DNA of 48,342 bases from a virus: the IMG/VR virus record IMGVR_UViG_3300029821_000008. One strand, given 5' to 3'. The first letter of the stretch is position 1. Each line of letters begins with the position of its first letter. Below, in pieces: positions 1-8,485 of the stretch. Under the pieces are notes generated by a model. That model was given only the letters and a program-made list of their open reading frames with translations. It was not told the DNA's origin and did no database searches. A program made the position numbers and the translations under genes.

Positions 1-127
1 GAGTACAAAGGAATAGATTTAGCCACTGGCAAAATACTATTTCACATAAAAATAGGAGTAGCGACAAATAATATTACTGAGTTTATTGCCTTATCCCATG
101 CGGTATTAAAAGCCTCAAAGGAAGGAA
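1..127. repeat. Terminal direct repeat identical to 48216..48342 (circular-contig overlap)
   Basis: Bases 1-127 (gagtacaaaggaatag...caaaggaaggaa) recur base-for-base as the last 127 bases. The overlap lies inside one continuous ORF. Confidence 0.9.
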
Positions 128-396
128 TAAAAACAGATATTTATACCGATTCAATAACTGCCTTATCATGGTTACGGAAGAAATCAGCTAATAGTAATTT
201 GATTCCTGGGCGTAATACTCAGACCGCAATAGATATATTAAAGAGGGTTGAAGATGCACTAAGGCCACTGGATATTGTAAAGGCCGGATCTGATGAATTA
301 TTAGTTAATGCGACAATATCAGTATTGAAATGGTATACTTCCGAATGGGGTGAAATTCCTGCAGACTTTGGGCATAAGAATGTTACTCATGGATGA
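1..396 (+). CDS. Ribonuclease H (RNase HI-type), 3' part; same gene as 48153..48342 across the circular junction
   Basis: Frame 1 is open from base 1 to TGA 394-396. Joining 48153..48342 to 128..396 gives 459 nt (152 aa): MKKPTFGIAVDASTRGNPGPSEYKG...NNITEFIALSHAV...IYTDSITA. This matches the RNase H carboxylate motif pattern. Confidence 0.8.
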   Translation, partial: EYKGIDLATGKILFHIKIGVATNNITEFIALSHAVLKASKEGIKTDIYTDSITALSWLRKKSANSNLIPGRNTQTAIDILKRVEDALRPLDIVKAGSDELLVNATISVLKWYTSEWGEIPADFGHKNVTHG

Positions 397-1120
397 AACA
401 GCTATAAAATTATTTAGAAGTATTTTGGACAGTCAGGTATTTGCACATCCGATAGCTTTAAAGATATGGATATGGTGTTTATGTAAGGCTACTTATAAAA
501 AAAGGTTCCTTCCATTAAAGATAGGCAAGGGATATATAACGATTGAGTTATTGCCCGGGCAGTTTGTTTTTGGCCGATTTAAGGCAGAGGACGAACTCGG
601 AATTGACGGTTCAACTATTTATAAATGGATTCAAAGATTTGCGAGTGATGAATACAGCATGATTAATATAGACAGTAACAACCAATATTCTATTATAACT
701 ATCTGTAAATGGGAAGAGTATCAAGTCGAAAAACTAAGGAAGATAACAACCAAAGAACAACCAAAGAACAACAGCGTAACAACAGAGGAACAACAGCGTA
801 ACACAAACAATAATGTATATAAAGTAAATAATACTAATACATGGCGAAATGATTTTAATATTTATTTGGCAGAATGTAAGGAAGGTTATCGGTTGTTTAT
901 GGAAGATCAGGAGTTGTTAAAAAAGCAACAAAGATTAAACCCAGGGATAAATGTTAAGCTATCAATTGAAAAAGGGTATGCAAATTTTTGGAGCCAGGAA
1001 GCCGGATGGAAGCATAAAAAGAAATCCCGTTCAAAGGAAATAGACTGGAATTCCACAATAATAAATTCAATAGGCATAAATAAAGTGTACTACACAAAAG
1101 CTGAATTAGCAGTATTATGA
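389..1120 (+). CDS. Putative replication initiator / replisome-organizer-like DNA-binding protein
   Basis: ATG 389 overlaps the RNase H stop (ATGGATGA). GTG 350 and ATG 380 are alternative in-frame starts. It sits directly upstream of, and is coupled (ATGA at 1117) to, the primase-helicase gene. No strong family motif was recognised. Confidence 0.4.
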   Translation: MDETAIKLFRSILDSQVFAHPIALKIWIWCLCKATYKKRFLPLKIGKGYITIELLPGQFVFGRFKAEDELGIDGSTIYKWIQRFASDEYSMINIDSNNQYSIITICKWEEYQVEKLRKITTKEQPKNNSVTTEEQQRNTNNNVYKVNNTNTWRNDFNIYLAECKEGYRLFMEDQELLKKQQRLNPGINVKLSIEKGYANFWSQEAGWKHKKKSRSKEIDWNSTIINSIGINKVYYTKAELAVL

Positions 1121-2865
1121 TTGAGTCATTCAGAAAATATAAGTTAGCTGGTTTTTCCTGCCTTCCTACATCAAAGGACAAGCTTCCGGCAATTCCAAAA
1201 GGTGAAAGTTGGTTAATGGGATGGAATAACGAGTTTGAATATGAGCAGTCTTTTGGGATAGGTATTATTTGTGGTAATCCTTCCGGGAACCTTGAATGTA
1301 TTGATTTTGATAATCATTTTGGGGATGCAAAACAGGTTTTGTCGGACTTTCTGCAGATTGAAGAAATAAAGGCAATTTACGAAAAGTATAAACTTCCGAT
1401 TCAAAGTACAACATCAGGAGGCTTTCATTTACTTTACAGATGTTCAGTCGTTGCAGGGAATCAGAAACTAGCGTCCCGACCAAAGTATGATACAGCCACC
1501 CGAAAATATAAAAAAGACGTACTGATTGAAACCCGGGGCGAAGGCGGTTATTTTTGCGCTGATCCTACTCCTGGATATCAAGTTGTAAGAAATGATTTAT
1601 TGAAAGTTAAAAACATAACTCCTGAAGATAGGGAAATATTACTTTCAGGGTGCAAGTCATTTAATACCTATGCAGAAGTAAAACAGAGAGCGGAAGAAAA
1701 TAAAGATTTGCCAGGGAATCAATTTAACAATGATCCTTATTCTGTAAATGAGATGCAAAGGGCTTTGGTTAATGCCGGATGGTCAGAGCCACGTGAAGGA
1801 ATATGGTTGCGCCCCGGGAAGAAAAAGGGGATTTCCGCTACACTTGGTAAAGTTGCGCCCGGGGTGTTTTATAATTTTTCTACATCTGCAGATCCTTTTG
1901 AAGATAACCATCCTTATTCTGCTTTTCAGGTTGTTGCACTTTTGAATTACGGAGGTGACTTCAGTAGGTTTGCCCGGGATCTCGCAGTGAAATACAATCA
2001 GGATCCAAAGTCGGAAATAAAAAAAGAAGAAAAAACGGTCAACCAACTGGATGAAATAATCCGAAAGTCGTATATTGATACTGAGGTTCCTGTTGCAAAG
2101 CCGCCTGTAATAATGAAGATAAAGACTCGTTACGGAGCGGGGAATATATTTACCAGGGTGTTCACGCTAGGTAATTTCAGTGCAATATATGGTAAATCAA
2201 AAGCAAAGAAAACATTTTTAGCAACTATGTTTATGGCCTGTGCTTCCCGGGGCGGGGAATTGGATTATACAATACTTTCAGATTTACCGGAAAACAGGCC
2301 GGGCGTTGTGTTGTTTGATACGGAACAAAGTAGTTATGATGCTTATATCACTGCAAAAAGAGTCTGTGATATGTCAGGCAAATTTAAAAACAATTTTGGT
2401 TCATTTGATTTACGGGAATATTCCCCACTAGAGAGGTGTGAAATCATAAATCACTTCATTGAAAAACAAAGTAATCATATCAGCTTTATAGTAATTGACG
2501 GGATAGCTGATTTAGCAATGGCAATTAATGATGAGATTGAGGCTTCACGGGTTGTATCTCTTTTAATGAAGTGGACGAAAGTATATAATCTGCATATTTG
2601 TGTAATCATTCATCAAAACAAGAATGATAATTTTGCAACCGGCCATCTAGGATCTTCAATAATGAAAAAAGCAGAATGTTTAATTTCAGTTGCAAGAGAT
2701 ACCTGTGATAATTTAAGAAGTGATATTAATTGTGATTACATCAGAGGTGCAATGGAATTTGATAAGTTTTCAATTATCATAGATGAGAACGGAATCCCGA
2801 AAGTTGATCCTGATTTCAAGGCAAATGAAGTTGAAAAAAACGATCCTGCATTTTGGAATAAATGA
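1117..2865 (+). CDS. Bifunctional primase-polymerase (prim-pol) fused to a RecA-like (RepA/AAA_25-type) helicase ATPase
   Basis: The N-terminal region carries prim-pol-like motifs: ECIDFDNH, GGFHLLYRC, IETRGEGGYFCADP. The C-terminal region carries Walker A (YGKSKAKKT) and Walker B-like (FIVIDGIADL) motifs, plus IIHQNK. Confidence 0.8.
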   Translation: MIESFRKYKLAGFSCLPTSKDKLPAIPKGESWLMGWNNEFEYEQSFGIGIICGNPSGNLECIDFDNHFGDAKQVLSDFLQIEEIKAIYEKYKLPIQSTTSGGFHLLYRCSVVAGNQKLASRPKYDTATRKYKKDVLIETRGEGGYFCADPTPGYQVVRNDLLKVKNITPEDREILLSGCKSFNTYAEVKQRAEENKDLPGNQFNNDPYSVNEMQRALVNAGWSEPREGIWLRPGKKKGISATLGKVAPGVFYNFSTSADPFEDNHPYSAFQVVALLNYGGDFSRFARDLAVKYNQDPKSEIKKEEKTVNQLDEIIRKSYIDTEVPVAKPPVIMKIKTRYGAGNIFTRVFTLGNFSAIYGKSKAKKTFLATMFMACASRGGELDYTILSDLPENRPGVVLFDTEQSSYDAYITAKRVCDMSGKFKNNFGSFDLREYSPLERCEIINHFIEKQSNHISFIVIDGIADLAMAINDEIEASRVVSLLMKWTKVYNLHICVIIHQNKNDNFATGHLGSSIMKKAECLISVARDTCDNLRSDINCDYIRGAMEFDKFSIIIDENGIPKVDPDFKANEVEKNDPAFWNK

Positions 2866-2935
2866 CATAAGTCTTTCAAAAACCTGAGATTTGTCATATT
2901 TTATCAAAAATAAAAGGTTGTACTTTGAAATAAAA

Positions 2936-3121
2936 ATGGGCAAACTGATTCACCATAAATGGATAAAGAGAGACGGATTCAGAACTCATGAATGCGACAG
3001 GTGTGGAGTTATCCGGTATTGGGATGTACATTTTTACAAATTAATGTATAAAACAAGGTGGAAAATATGGTACTTTGGTATGCCTGATTGCATTATTCCT
3101 AATACAAAGTTAAATGGATAA
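2936..3121 (+). CDS. Hypothetical small Cys/His-containing protein
   Basis: ATG at 2936 lies inside the track ORF 2891..3121, which starts at a TTG. A near-consensus -7 box (gTACTTTGa) lies just upstream. Product: MGKLIHHKWIKRDGFRTHECDRCG... Confidence 0.4.
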   Translation: MGKLIHHKWIKRDGFRTHECDRCGVIRYWDVHFYKLMYKTRWKIWYFGMPDCIIPNTKLNG

Positions 3122-3428
3122 CGAAAGGACTGTAAATAAGATTTTACGGGATATTAAATTCGAGGGGCTGATTGATATTAACGACGCTCCGTCTTTAAGG
3201 AAATATATAAATGCCGCTTATGTATCAGGACTGGAAGAGGGTAAGAAAAAAAGTTATGCAGCTAATAAGAAAACAGTGATTTTGCTTAATAGAAATGGTG
3301 ATATTATCAGAGAATTTGAAAGTGCAGAGGAAGCATCAAGGCAAATGAAAGTAGGTGTACGTGGTATTTATCATTCGATTTATAGGGATAAAAAGAATCA
3401 CATAAAGAACTATTGGAAATACAAATAA
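3114..3428 (+). CDS. Hypothetical protein, possible NUMOD1/IENR-like helix-turn-helix DNA binder
   Basis: 104-aa ORF overlapping the previous stop. The C-terminal segment NRNGDIIREFESAEEASRQMKVGVRGIYHSI resembles the HTH modules attached to homing endonucleases. Confidence 0.45.
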   Translation: MDNERTVNKILRDIKFEGLIDINDAPSLRKYINAAYVSGLEEGKKKSYAANKKTVILLNRNGDIIREFESAEEASRQMKVGVRGIYHSIYRDKKNHIKNYWKYK

Positions 3429-3436
3429 CTAACGAT

Positions 3437-3757
3437 ATGGAAACACTACAAGACTACAACTGGAGAATAACAATAGGATTAGTTCTGCTTGTTATCGGAG
3501 TAATTATCGCAGGTGCTTACTTCATTGCCTGGTACGGAAAACAGCAGGCAAAGCTTGCAAGTGAGTACATGAGATACTACGAGAAGATTCAGAAAGTGCT
3601 GGATTATGAGATTTGCGAGCAGAACCGCCAATGGATTGAAAGACTCTTTGACAGGCTTGACAAATGCAAGTACAAGAACCGAGAGATGACAGAGGTGTTA
3701 ACAATGGAGTTCTTTCGGAAGTATGAAGATATCGCAAAGAAACGAGTTTTAGAATAG
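3437..3757 (+). CDS. Membrane protein (single N-terminal TM helix)
   Basis: ATG 3437 is in frame with the TTG-initiated track ORF 3413..3757. Hydrophobic stretch: ITIGLVLLVIGVIIAGAYFIAWY. Confidence 0.5.
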   Translation: METLQDYNWRITIGLVLLVIGVIIAGAYFIAWYGKQQAKLASEYMRYYEKIQKVLDYEICEQNRQWIERLFDRLDKCKYKNREMTEVLTMEFFRKYEDIAKKRVLE

Positions 3758-3760
3758 TTG

Positions 3761-3768
3761 TATCTTTG
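3761..3768 (+). promoter_or_regulatory. Bacteroidota-type -7 promoter box TAtcTTTG
   Basis: Exact TAnnTTTG match 31 nt upstream of ATG 3799, in a 41-nt intergenic gap. Confidence 0.45.
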
Positions 3769-3798
3769 CATTTTGGAGTATGAACGAATACCGTAAAA

Positions 3799-4200
3799 AT
3801 GGAAAAATTTATGACAACACTAATTTCAATATTATTTTGTACCTTGCTTTCCGCCCCTCCTAATAACTCAGGGATGGTCTTTGAAAGCGAAGGAATAAAC
3901 TACTACGAACCACTTATAAAAGCAGTGGTTATGGTTGAAAGCAGTAACGGAAAATATACTTACAATCCTGATGAGGGTGCGGTGGGGTGGTTTCAGATCC
4001 GTCAGGTCCGGGTTGATCATTACAATCAGATGCGGGGGACTAATTATAAGCTAACTGATTTCTATGATTATGATTTGAGCCGTGAAATGTTTCTTTGGTA
4101 TGCTTCCGGAAAGTCTTATGAGGTTGCTGCCAGGAATTGGAACGGCAAATGGGTATTAACGGAAAAGTATTGGAAACGAGTTAAGCAACATTTAAACTAA
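3799..4200 (+). CDS. Secreted lytic transglycosylase (SLT-like)
   Basis: N-terminal signal-like segment TTLISILFCTLLSAP. SLT-type motif VMVESSNGKY...EGAVGWFQIRQ with a catalytic Glu-Ser context. Confidence 0.7.
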   Translation: MEKFMTTLISILFCTLLSAPPNNSGMVFESEGINYYEPLIKAVVMVESSNGKYTYNPDEGAVGWFQIRQVRVDHYNQMRGTNYKLTDFYDYDLSREMFLWYASGKSYEVAARNWNGKWVLTEKYWKRVKQHLN

Positions 4201-4206
4201 GTAGCC

Positions 4207-4968
4207 ATGACAAAAATAGAACAGAAACAAGATGAGTTGATAAAATCACTTAAAGAGTTAGTCAATTTATGTGATGCGCCACAATATTTTGAAATAATTG
4301 CGGCAAAGAAAGCAATGAAAGAGATTGTTGAACACCATGAATCCGACCTCTCAGCCTTAAAAGCTATGGAGGGAGAAGATGTGAGTGATGAAAATGATTT
4401 TGTTCAGTATGTGACTAATCTATTATACATGGCTCATGGATTTGGAGAAGCGTCAGAGGGCGTTAATACTCCAGTATTTGATAAATGGGTAGAAAAAGAA
4501 ATGGAAAACATGAGTGAGTTTTACGCTTCTCATAATTTACTTGCAAGGAAGGTTAGTGATGAAATAATTAAACCAACTGCTGATATTGATTCTATAATGA
4601 GGTGGCTTAATGACGGTAACATAAAAGGTGATTTTGATTACGTATCATTAACTCCAAGGTATATTGCCGGATTAATACAGAGCTTTATAGCACAATGGGT
4701 ATTGCCAATACCTAAAACAGTAGAATTTCCGAATGATACTTATGAATTAACCACTACAGAAACCTGTAATAAAGTAATTACTGAGATAGATAAGTGTGAG
4801 TGTGGTCATATAGCACCGTTGGGATTTATACATTGGAATCAGGACGGGGATAGCACCTGTGTCAATTGCGTAAACGATATACTGATTGACCGGCTTGATA
4901 AAAAGAATAAGCAAATTAAGCGGCTTAAAGATAAAGCCCACAGAGACAATTTAATAAAGAAAGGATAG
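4207..4968 (+). CDS. Hypothetical protein with C-terminal Cys cluster (CECGH...CVNC)
   Basis: 253-aa ORF in the early block with no family motif recognised. Putative zinc ribbon near the C-terminus. Confidence 0.55.
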   Translation: MTKIEQKQDELIKSLKELVNLCDAPQYFEIIAAKKAMKEIVEHHESDLSALKAMEGEDVSDENDFVQYVTNLLYMAHGFGEASEGVNTPVFDKWVEKEMENMSEFYASHNLLARKVSDEIIKPTADIDSIMRWLNDGNIKGDFDYVSLTPRYIAGLIQSFIAQWVLPIPKTVEFPNDTYELTTTETCNKVITEIDKCECGHIAPLGFIHWNQDGDSTCVNCVNDILIDRLDKKNKQIKRLKDKAHRDNLIKKG

Positions 4969-4970
4969 AT

Positions 4971-5225
4971 ATGAAAGCATCAGGAGCTATTATTCAGCAA
5001 AGAAATATATCTGAAAATACAGCGGATGAATTTCATGCAACTTACAAAGGAAGAAATATTGATATTTCAACCGGTCATGGATTTGGGGAACCTAAATGGA
5101 AACACCTGAAACGGTATGATATTACTGTCACTGTTAATGGCTCTTACGAAGTGAATACATGGCAAGACTTTCACGAAATGAGAGATGCAATACGATACGC
5201 ATTAAAAGGAGCTTGTTTAATCTAA
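4971..5225 (+). CDS. Hypothetical protein
   Basis: 84-aa ORF starting 2 nt after the previous stop. It ends in the conserved junction motif. Confidence 0.5.
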   Translation: MKASGAIIQQRNISENTADEFHATYKGRNIDISTGHGFGEPKWKHLKRYDITVTVNGSYEVNTWQDFHEMRDAIRYALKGACLI

Positions 5226-5240
5226 CAACCAATAACCATG
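5223..5240 (+). repeat. Gene-junction motif TAACAACCAATAACCATG (copy 1 of 3)
   Basis: It contains the stop of 4971..5225 and the start of 5238..5471. The same 18-mer, with one change, occurs at 6175..6192; a 17-nt version lacking one C occurs at 6529..6545. Confidence 0.8.
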
Positions 5241-5471
5241 GAAAGACCAATTCTACAAAAAATTATTGAACTGCAAGAATTTGCAGAAAAAGAAAACGAA
5301 CAGAGTGTGAATGTTGTATTGTTTGCATTGTCAGGAGCCATAAGAAGTGGAGATGAGAATTTACTCGCATCTATAGTTTTATCTGCTATTAAGGATGTCT
5401 TACTCCCAAAGGTTAAAGAAAAACAATCAAGGGAATCTATTTCAGATGCTGGTTACTTTAGTGATAATTAA
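5238..5471 (+). CDS. Hypothetical protein
   Basis: 77-aa ORF whose start codon lies in the junction motif. Confidence 0.5.
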   Translation: MERPILQKIIELQEFAEKENEQSVNVVLFALSGAIRSGDENLLASIVLSAIKDVLLPKVKEKQSRESISDAGYFSDN

Positions 5472-5482
5472 TAAGTGAGATA

Positions 5483-5824
5483 GTGATAAAGAAAGTTAAA
5501 ATCCCAATTTATTTTGGAGAGATTGTTATTATCCAAAAGAAGAAATTAAAAGACATCCCAAAGAAGTGGAGTATTGATTTTGATTTTCACGGATATGCAG
5601 CTACATGTTATACTAAAAATACTAAAGGTGGATGTTTACGAATAGTTATGGCTTTTATGAAGCCTACAACTCCTGAAATAATTACCCATGAGTCATATCA
5701 TGCTGTTAATTATCTATTTTCTCATAATGGTATAAAACATGATCCAACCAATGATGAGCATGGTGCTTTTATTTTAGGGTGGATAGTAAAACAGTGTCAT
5801 AAAAATCTGAAAGTAAAAACTTAA
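5483..5824 (+). CDS. Small HExxH metallopeptidase-like protein
   Basis: GTG start. The motif ITHESYHAV (HExxH) is followed by NDEHGAF. Confidence 0.5.
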   Translation: MIKKVKIPIYFGEIVIIQKKKLKDIPKKWSIDFDFHGYAATCYTKNTKGGCLRIVMAFMKPTTPEIITHESYHAVNYLFSHNGIKHDPTNDEHGAFILGWIVKQCHKNLKVKT

Positions 5825-5835
5825 CAATAAATAAT

Positions 5836-6177
5836 ATGGAAAACGTAAACGACATTAACAGAGAGCATGATCCTAATTATGTAAATAAACTAAAGGAATC
5901 ATTGCACATAGGAGCTAAGAAAGAAATAGCTTTTGCTGAAGTTCCTGCGGAAGAATCAAAGTTTTATGATTGGCACGATGCTTCAAAAGCAAAGCCATGC
6001 CCCGCCATAGGCTATAAATCTCTAAGTCCAAAGGTTGAAGTTAAGACTCCTCTTGGTGAAGGGACAGGATACTTTAATTGTACGGATAATGATTGGCTTG
6101 TTGAATTGTATGGAGATATTACAGATGAATTGCAAGCGTACAAAGATGTAACGCATTGGAGATTTATTAAACTCTAA
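5836..6177 (+). CDS. Hypothetical protein
   Basis: 113-aa ORF whose stop lies in junction motif copy 2. It has a weak resemblance to DUF551-type phage proteins (W..D...KP ... THW). Confidence 0.5.
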   Translation: MENVNDINREHDPNYVNKLKESLHIGAKKEIAFAEVPAEESKFYDWHDASKAKPCPAIGYKSLSPKVEVKTPLGEGTGYFNCTDNDWLVELYGDITDELQAYKDVTHWRFIKL

Positions 6178-6192
6178 CAACCAATAACCATT
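6175..6192 (+). repeat. Gene-junction motif TAACAACCAATAACCATT (copy 2, ATG degraded to ATT)
   Basis: Identical to copy 1 except for the final base. The ATT is in frame with, and has no stop before, ATG 6220. Confidence 0.8.
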
Positions 6193-6219
6193 GAAGTAAT
6201 AAACCTAACAAAAGAAAAG

Positions 6220-6531
6220 ATGGGACTATTTATTTGCGCAAAATGTAATTGTGTTGAAAATACTGCTCTTGGTCATTATTGGTCAAGGAATAATGTAAGT
6301 CTTAAATTATCTGATAACATGAAACAATATGAAAAGGGCGCAGCTCTTTGTTCAGAATGTATGCCTGCTGATGCTTCATTTTCTGACGGTAGTGGCAAAG
6401 GGAGAATTGGAACAGGTAAATGGCATGGTAAATTTCCAAAGCAAAATTATGATGATTGGAAAAATACTGATGAGGGTAAATTGTATGTAAGACAGGGTGA
6501 TTATTTGATGTATAATCCCCGCAAAAGTTAA
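6220..6531 (+). CDS. Hypothetical zinc-ribbon protein
   Basis: Cys pairs CAKCNC ... CSEC. 103 aa. The stop lies in junction motif copy 3. Confidence 0.5.
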   Translation: MGLFICAKCNCVENTALGHYWSRNNVSLKLSDNMKQYEKGAALCSECMPADASFSDGSGKGRIGTGKWHGKFPKQNYDDWKNTDEGKLYVRQGDYLMYNPRKS

Positions 6532-6545
6532 AACCAATAACCATG
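6529..6545 (+). repeat. Gene-junction motif TAAAACCAATAACCATG (copy 3)
   Basis: It contains the stop of 6220..6531 and the start of 6543..7607. Confidence 0.8.
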
Positions 6546-7607
6546 AAAGAGACAAGAGAAGAAACATACAGGAAAGTCTTTATTAAGACTGAAGCTGATT
6601 TCCCGAAAGAGAATGGTCTCTATTTCTGTGTCGATCAGAACAGGCACTATATAGGGGAAAGATCATTTGACAAGGCTGATAAAATTAACCTACATATATG
6701 GTCAGGAGTTGACTGGTACTTACAGCCAGTTACCGACAAAGAGGCGACAGGTGAGCAAGAGAAACGACCAGAAATAGTTTGTATTTGCGGTTCAGGAAGA
6801 TTTTTAATGCAAATGCACGAAGTCGAAGAAAGATTAACACTTGAAGGTAAAATAGTCTTAATGATTGGGGTAAACACAAAAGATGTTGCAAGAACTGAAA
6901 ATCTTGAACACTATAAACCCATGTTAGATGAATTACATTTAAGAAAAATTGATATATCTGACAAAGTGTTTGTGGTCAATGTAGGTGGTTATATCGGAGA
7001 AAGCACTCGTAAAGAAATAGTCTATTCAGAAAGCCATAAAAAATCAATAGAATATCTTGAACGTGAAACACAGGGGAAAGTACCTCATTTTGATATTGAG
7101 GGTGGGGGTGGAGTGACTGCGAATGAGATAGAGCAAGAGAAACAGACGACAGAGAGTCTGCAATACATTAAAAAGATAGAAACTCTTATTGGATTAGGAG
7201 ATACAATAAACATAAAAGCAAGGCTCATTCATTTAAAAAGAATGATCGAGGATGATTTACAGGCAATGGAGAAGTATGCCAGCCAGAGTCAATCACTACC
7301 ATCTGTAACAAGGCAATATCCTGCTTTATGTTCTGCTTGTAATGGAACTGGTTCTAATTTCAGTCAAATAGATATGATGAACACTTCTTCTGTTTGCAGG
7401 GTTTGTAATGGGGAAGGTATTATCACGGTAACAGAGTATTTTAAGTCCCAACTAAAGCAGGGATACCCGAAAGAGTTTGTTGAGTGGATAGCTATGAAAA
7501 TAAATAATCAGCAAATGTCTGTTACGTTTCAGAAAAAATATTCATTTGCCGGGAATGATTATACTTTTGACGAACTATTCACCTACTGGAAAGAACAAAT
7601 AAAATAG
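6543..7607 (+). CDS. Multidomain protein: Rossmann-like 'CGS-RF...GYIGESTxxEI' domain plus C-terminal DnaJ-type zinc finger
   Basis: The central segment is IVCICGSGRFLMQ...LHLRKIDISDKVFVVNVGGYIGESTRKEI. From memory, it resembles an uncharacterised nucleoside-deoxyribosyltransferase-like domain found in actinophages. The C-terminal region carries CSACNGTG...CRVCNGEG, two CxxCxGxG units. Confidence 0.55.
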   Translation: MKETREETYRKVFIKTEADFPKENGLYFCVDQNRHYIGERSFDKADKINLHIWSGVDWYLQPVTDKEATGEQEKRPEIVCICGSGRFLMQMHEVEERLTLEGKIVLMIGVNTKDVARTENLEHYKPMLDELHLRKIDISDKVFVVNVGGYIGESTRKEIVYSESHKKSIEYLERETQGKVPHFDIEGGGGVTANEIEQEKQTTESLQYIKKIETLIGLGDTINIKARLIHLKRMIEDDLQAMEKYASQSQSLPSVTRQYPALCSACNGTGSNFSQIDMMNTSSVCRVCNGEGIITVTEYFKSQLKQGYPKEFVEWIAMKINNQQMSVTFQKKYSFAGNDYTFDELFTYWKEQIK

Positions 7608-7672
7608 GCATGAGAACCCTCCTGATGACAAAATATACGATTACAAGGTTTTTTCATGTGGGAGGGCGATGC
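7608..7672 (+). terminator. Long imperfect hairpin at the end of the early block (possible terminator or regulatory RNA)
   Basis: Pairings: GCAT(7608-11)/ATGC(7669-72), CCCTCC(7617-22)/GGAGGG(7661-66), and ATGAcAAAA/TTTTtTCAT around a 15-nt loop. It lies immediately after stop 7605-07 and upstream of the promoter at 7686. Confidence 0.35.
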
Positions 7673-7685
7673 CTTTAAAATAAAT

Positions 7686-7716
7686 TTTGATTTAAAGTTT
7701 TGATTATTTACTTTTG
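7686..7716 (+). promoter_or_regulatory. Bacteroidota sigma-A type promoter (TTTG-N19-TActTTTG) of the glycan operon
   Basis: TTTG at 7686-7689, a 19-nt spacer, and TACTTTTG at 7709-7716. ATG 7721 follows 4 nt later. Confidence 0.6.
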
Positions 7717-7720
7717 AATT

Positions 7721-8485
7721 ATGAGAATCGCAATAGTCTGTACATATTTCCAAAGACAATTTCAGTTAAATAAGACTCTTTTATCCATTGCCAAAAGTTC
7801 ACATAAAGACTTTGAGGTCATAATTGTTGACGATTGTTCGCCGGATGATATAATACTACCTGAGGTTGATTTTAAGGTCACTGTGATTAAGATGAAGGAT
7901 AAGACCTGGACGAATCCCGAGCCTGCTTATAATATCGGAATAATCGAAGCCCTGAAAGGTAATCCTGACATTATAATACTTCAAAATGCAGAGTGCTATC
8001 ATGAAGGTGATATTTTAACTAATGCTCAAAGGATAACTTCTGAGAATTATATTTCATTCGGGTGTTATTGCCTTAATGAAGAAACTACTTTCAAAGAACA
8101 TAATATTTCGGAAGTAATCCAGTCAAGTAACATTGGAGCTGTGGATAACGGTCAAAATGCATGGTATAACCATCCTGTTTTTCGTCCCGTTGGTTATGAT
8201 TTTTGCAGTGCGATAACTGCTGATAATCTCAGAAAGCTAAACGGTTATGATGAGCGATTTTCTTTGGGCTGTGCTTATGGTGATGACTATTTGATTGAAC
8301 GGGTCCGAATGTTAGGATTAAAGATTGAAATCACTGAATATCCTTTTGTAGTTCATCAGTGGCACTATTCGAATCCTGGTCATCCTGATCATGAATTACT
8401 TTGCAAACGCAATGCAGAACTATTAAAACAGTTGGTTCCTGAAAATAAGTATAAAGCTATTCACTTAATGACTCCTGATTTATGA
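7721..8485 (+). CDS. Family 2 glycosyltransferase
   Basis: Motifs: MRIAIVCTYF..., EVIIVDDCSPDD, and LNGYDERFSLGCAYGDDYL (the Glyco_transf_7C-like tail typical of GT2). Confidence 0.75.
   Translation: MRIAIVCTYFQRQFQLNKTLLSIAKSSHKDFEVIIVDDCSPDDIILPEVDFKVTVIKMKDKTWTNPEPAYNIGIIEALKGNPDIIILQNAECYHEGDILTNAQRITSENYISFGCYCLNEETTFKEHNISEVIQSSNIGAVDNGQNAWYNHPVFRPVGYDFCSAITADNLRKLNGYDERFSLGCAYGDDYLIERVRMLGLKIEITEYPFVVHQWHYSNPGHPDHELLCKRNAELLKQLVPENKYKAIHLMTPDL

Noticed and set aside
1-127. The 127-nt terminal repeat as a biological direct terminal repeat or an att-type repeat
   Set aside because: It falls in the middle of a coding sequence that reads through the join in frame. Its length equals a common maximum assembler k-mer. 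Circular-assembly overlap is the likeliest explanation, although read-level data are needed to be certain.
350-388. Longer N-terminal extensions given by the ORF track from non-ATG starts (350, 2891, 3413, 9743, 19175, 32444, 34154, 40415)
   Set aside because: In each case an in-frame ATG further downstream forms an ATGA/TAATG overlap with the upstream stop or follows a promoter box. It also yields a typical N-terminus, for example MRFSIICPSRL for the GT2 at 19229 and MKEIKLTQGK for the HNH-AP2 at 40442. The upstream TTG or GTG extensions overlap the preceding gene.
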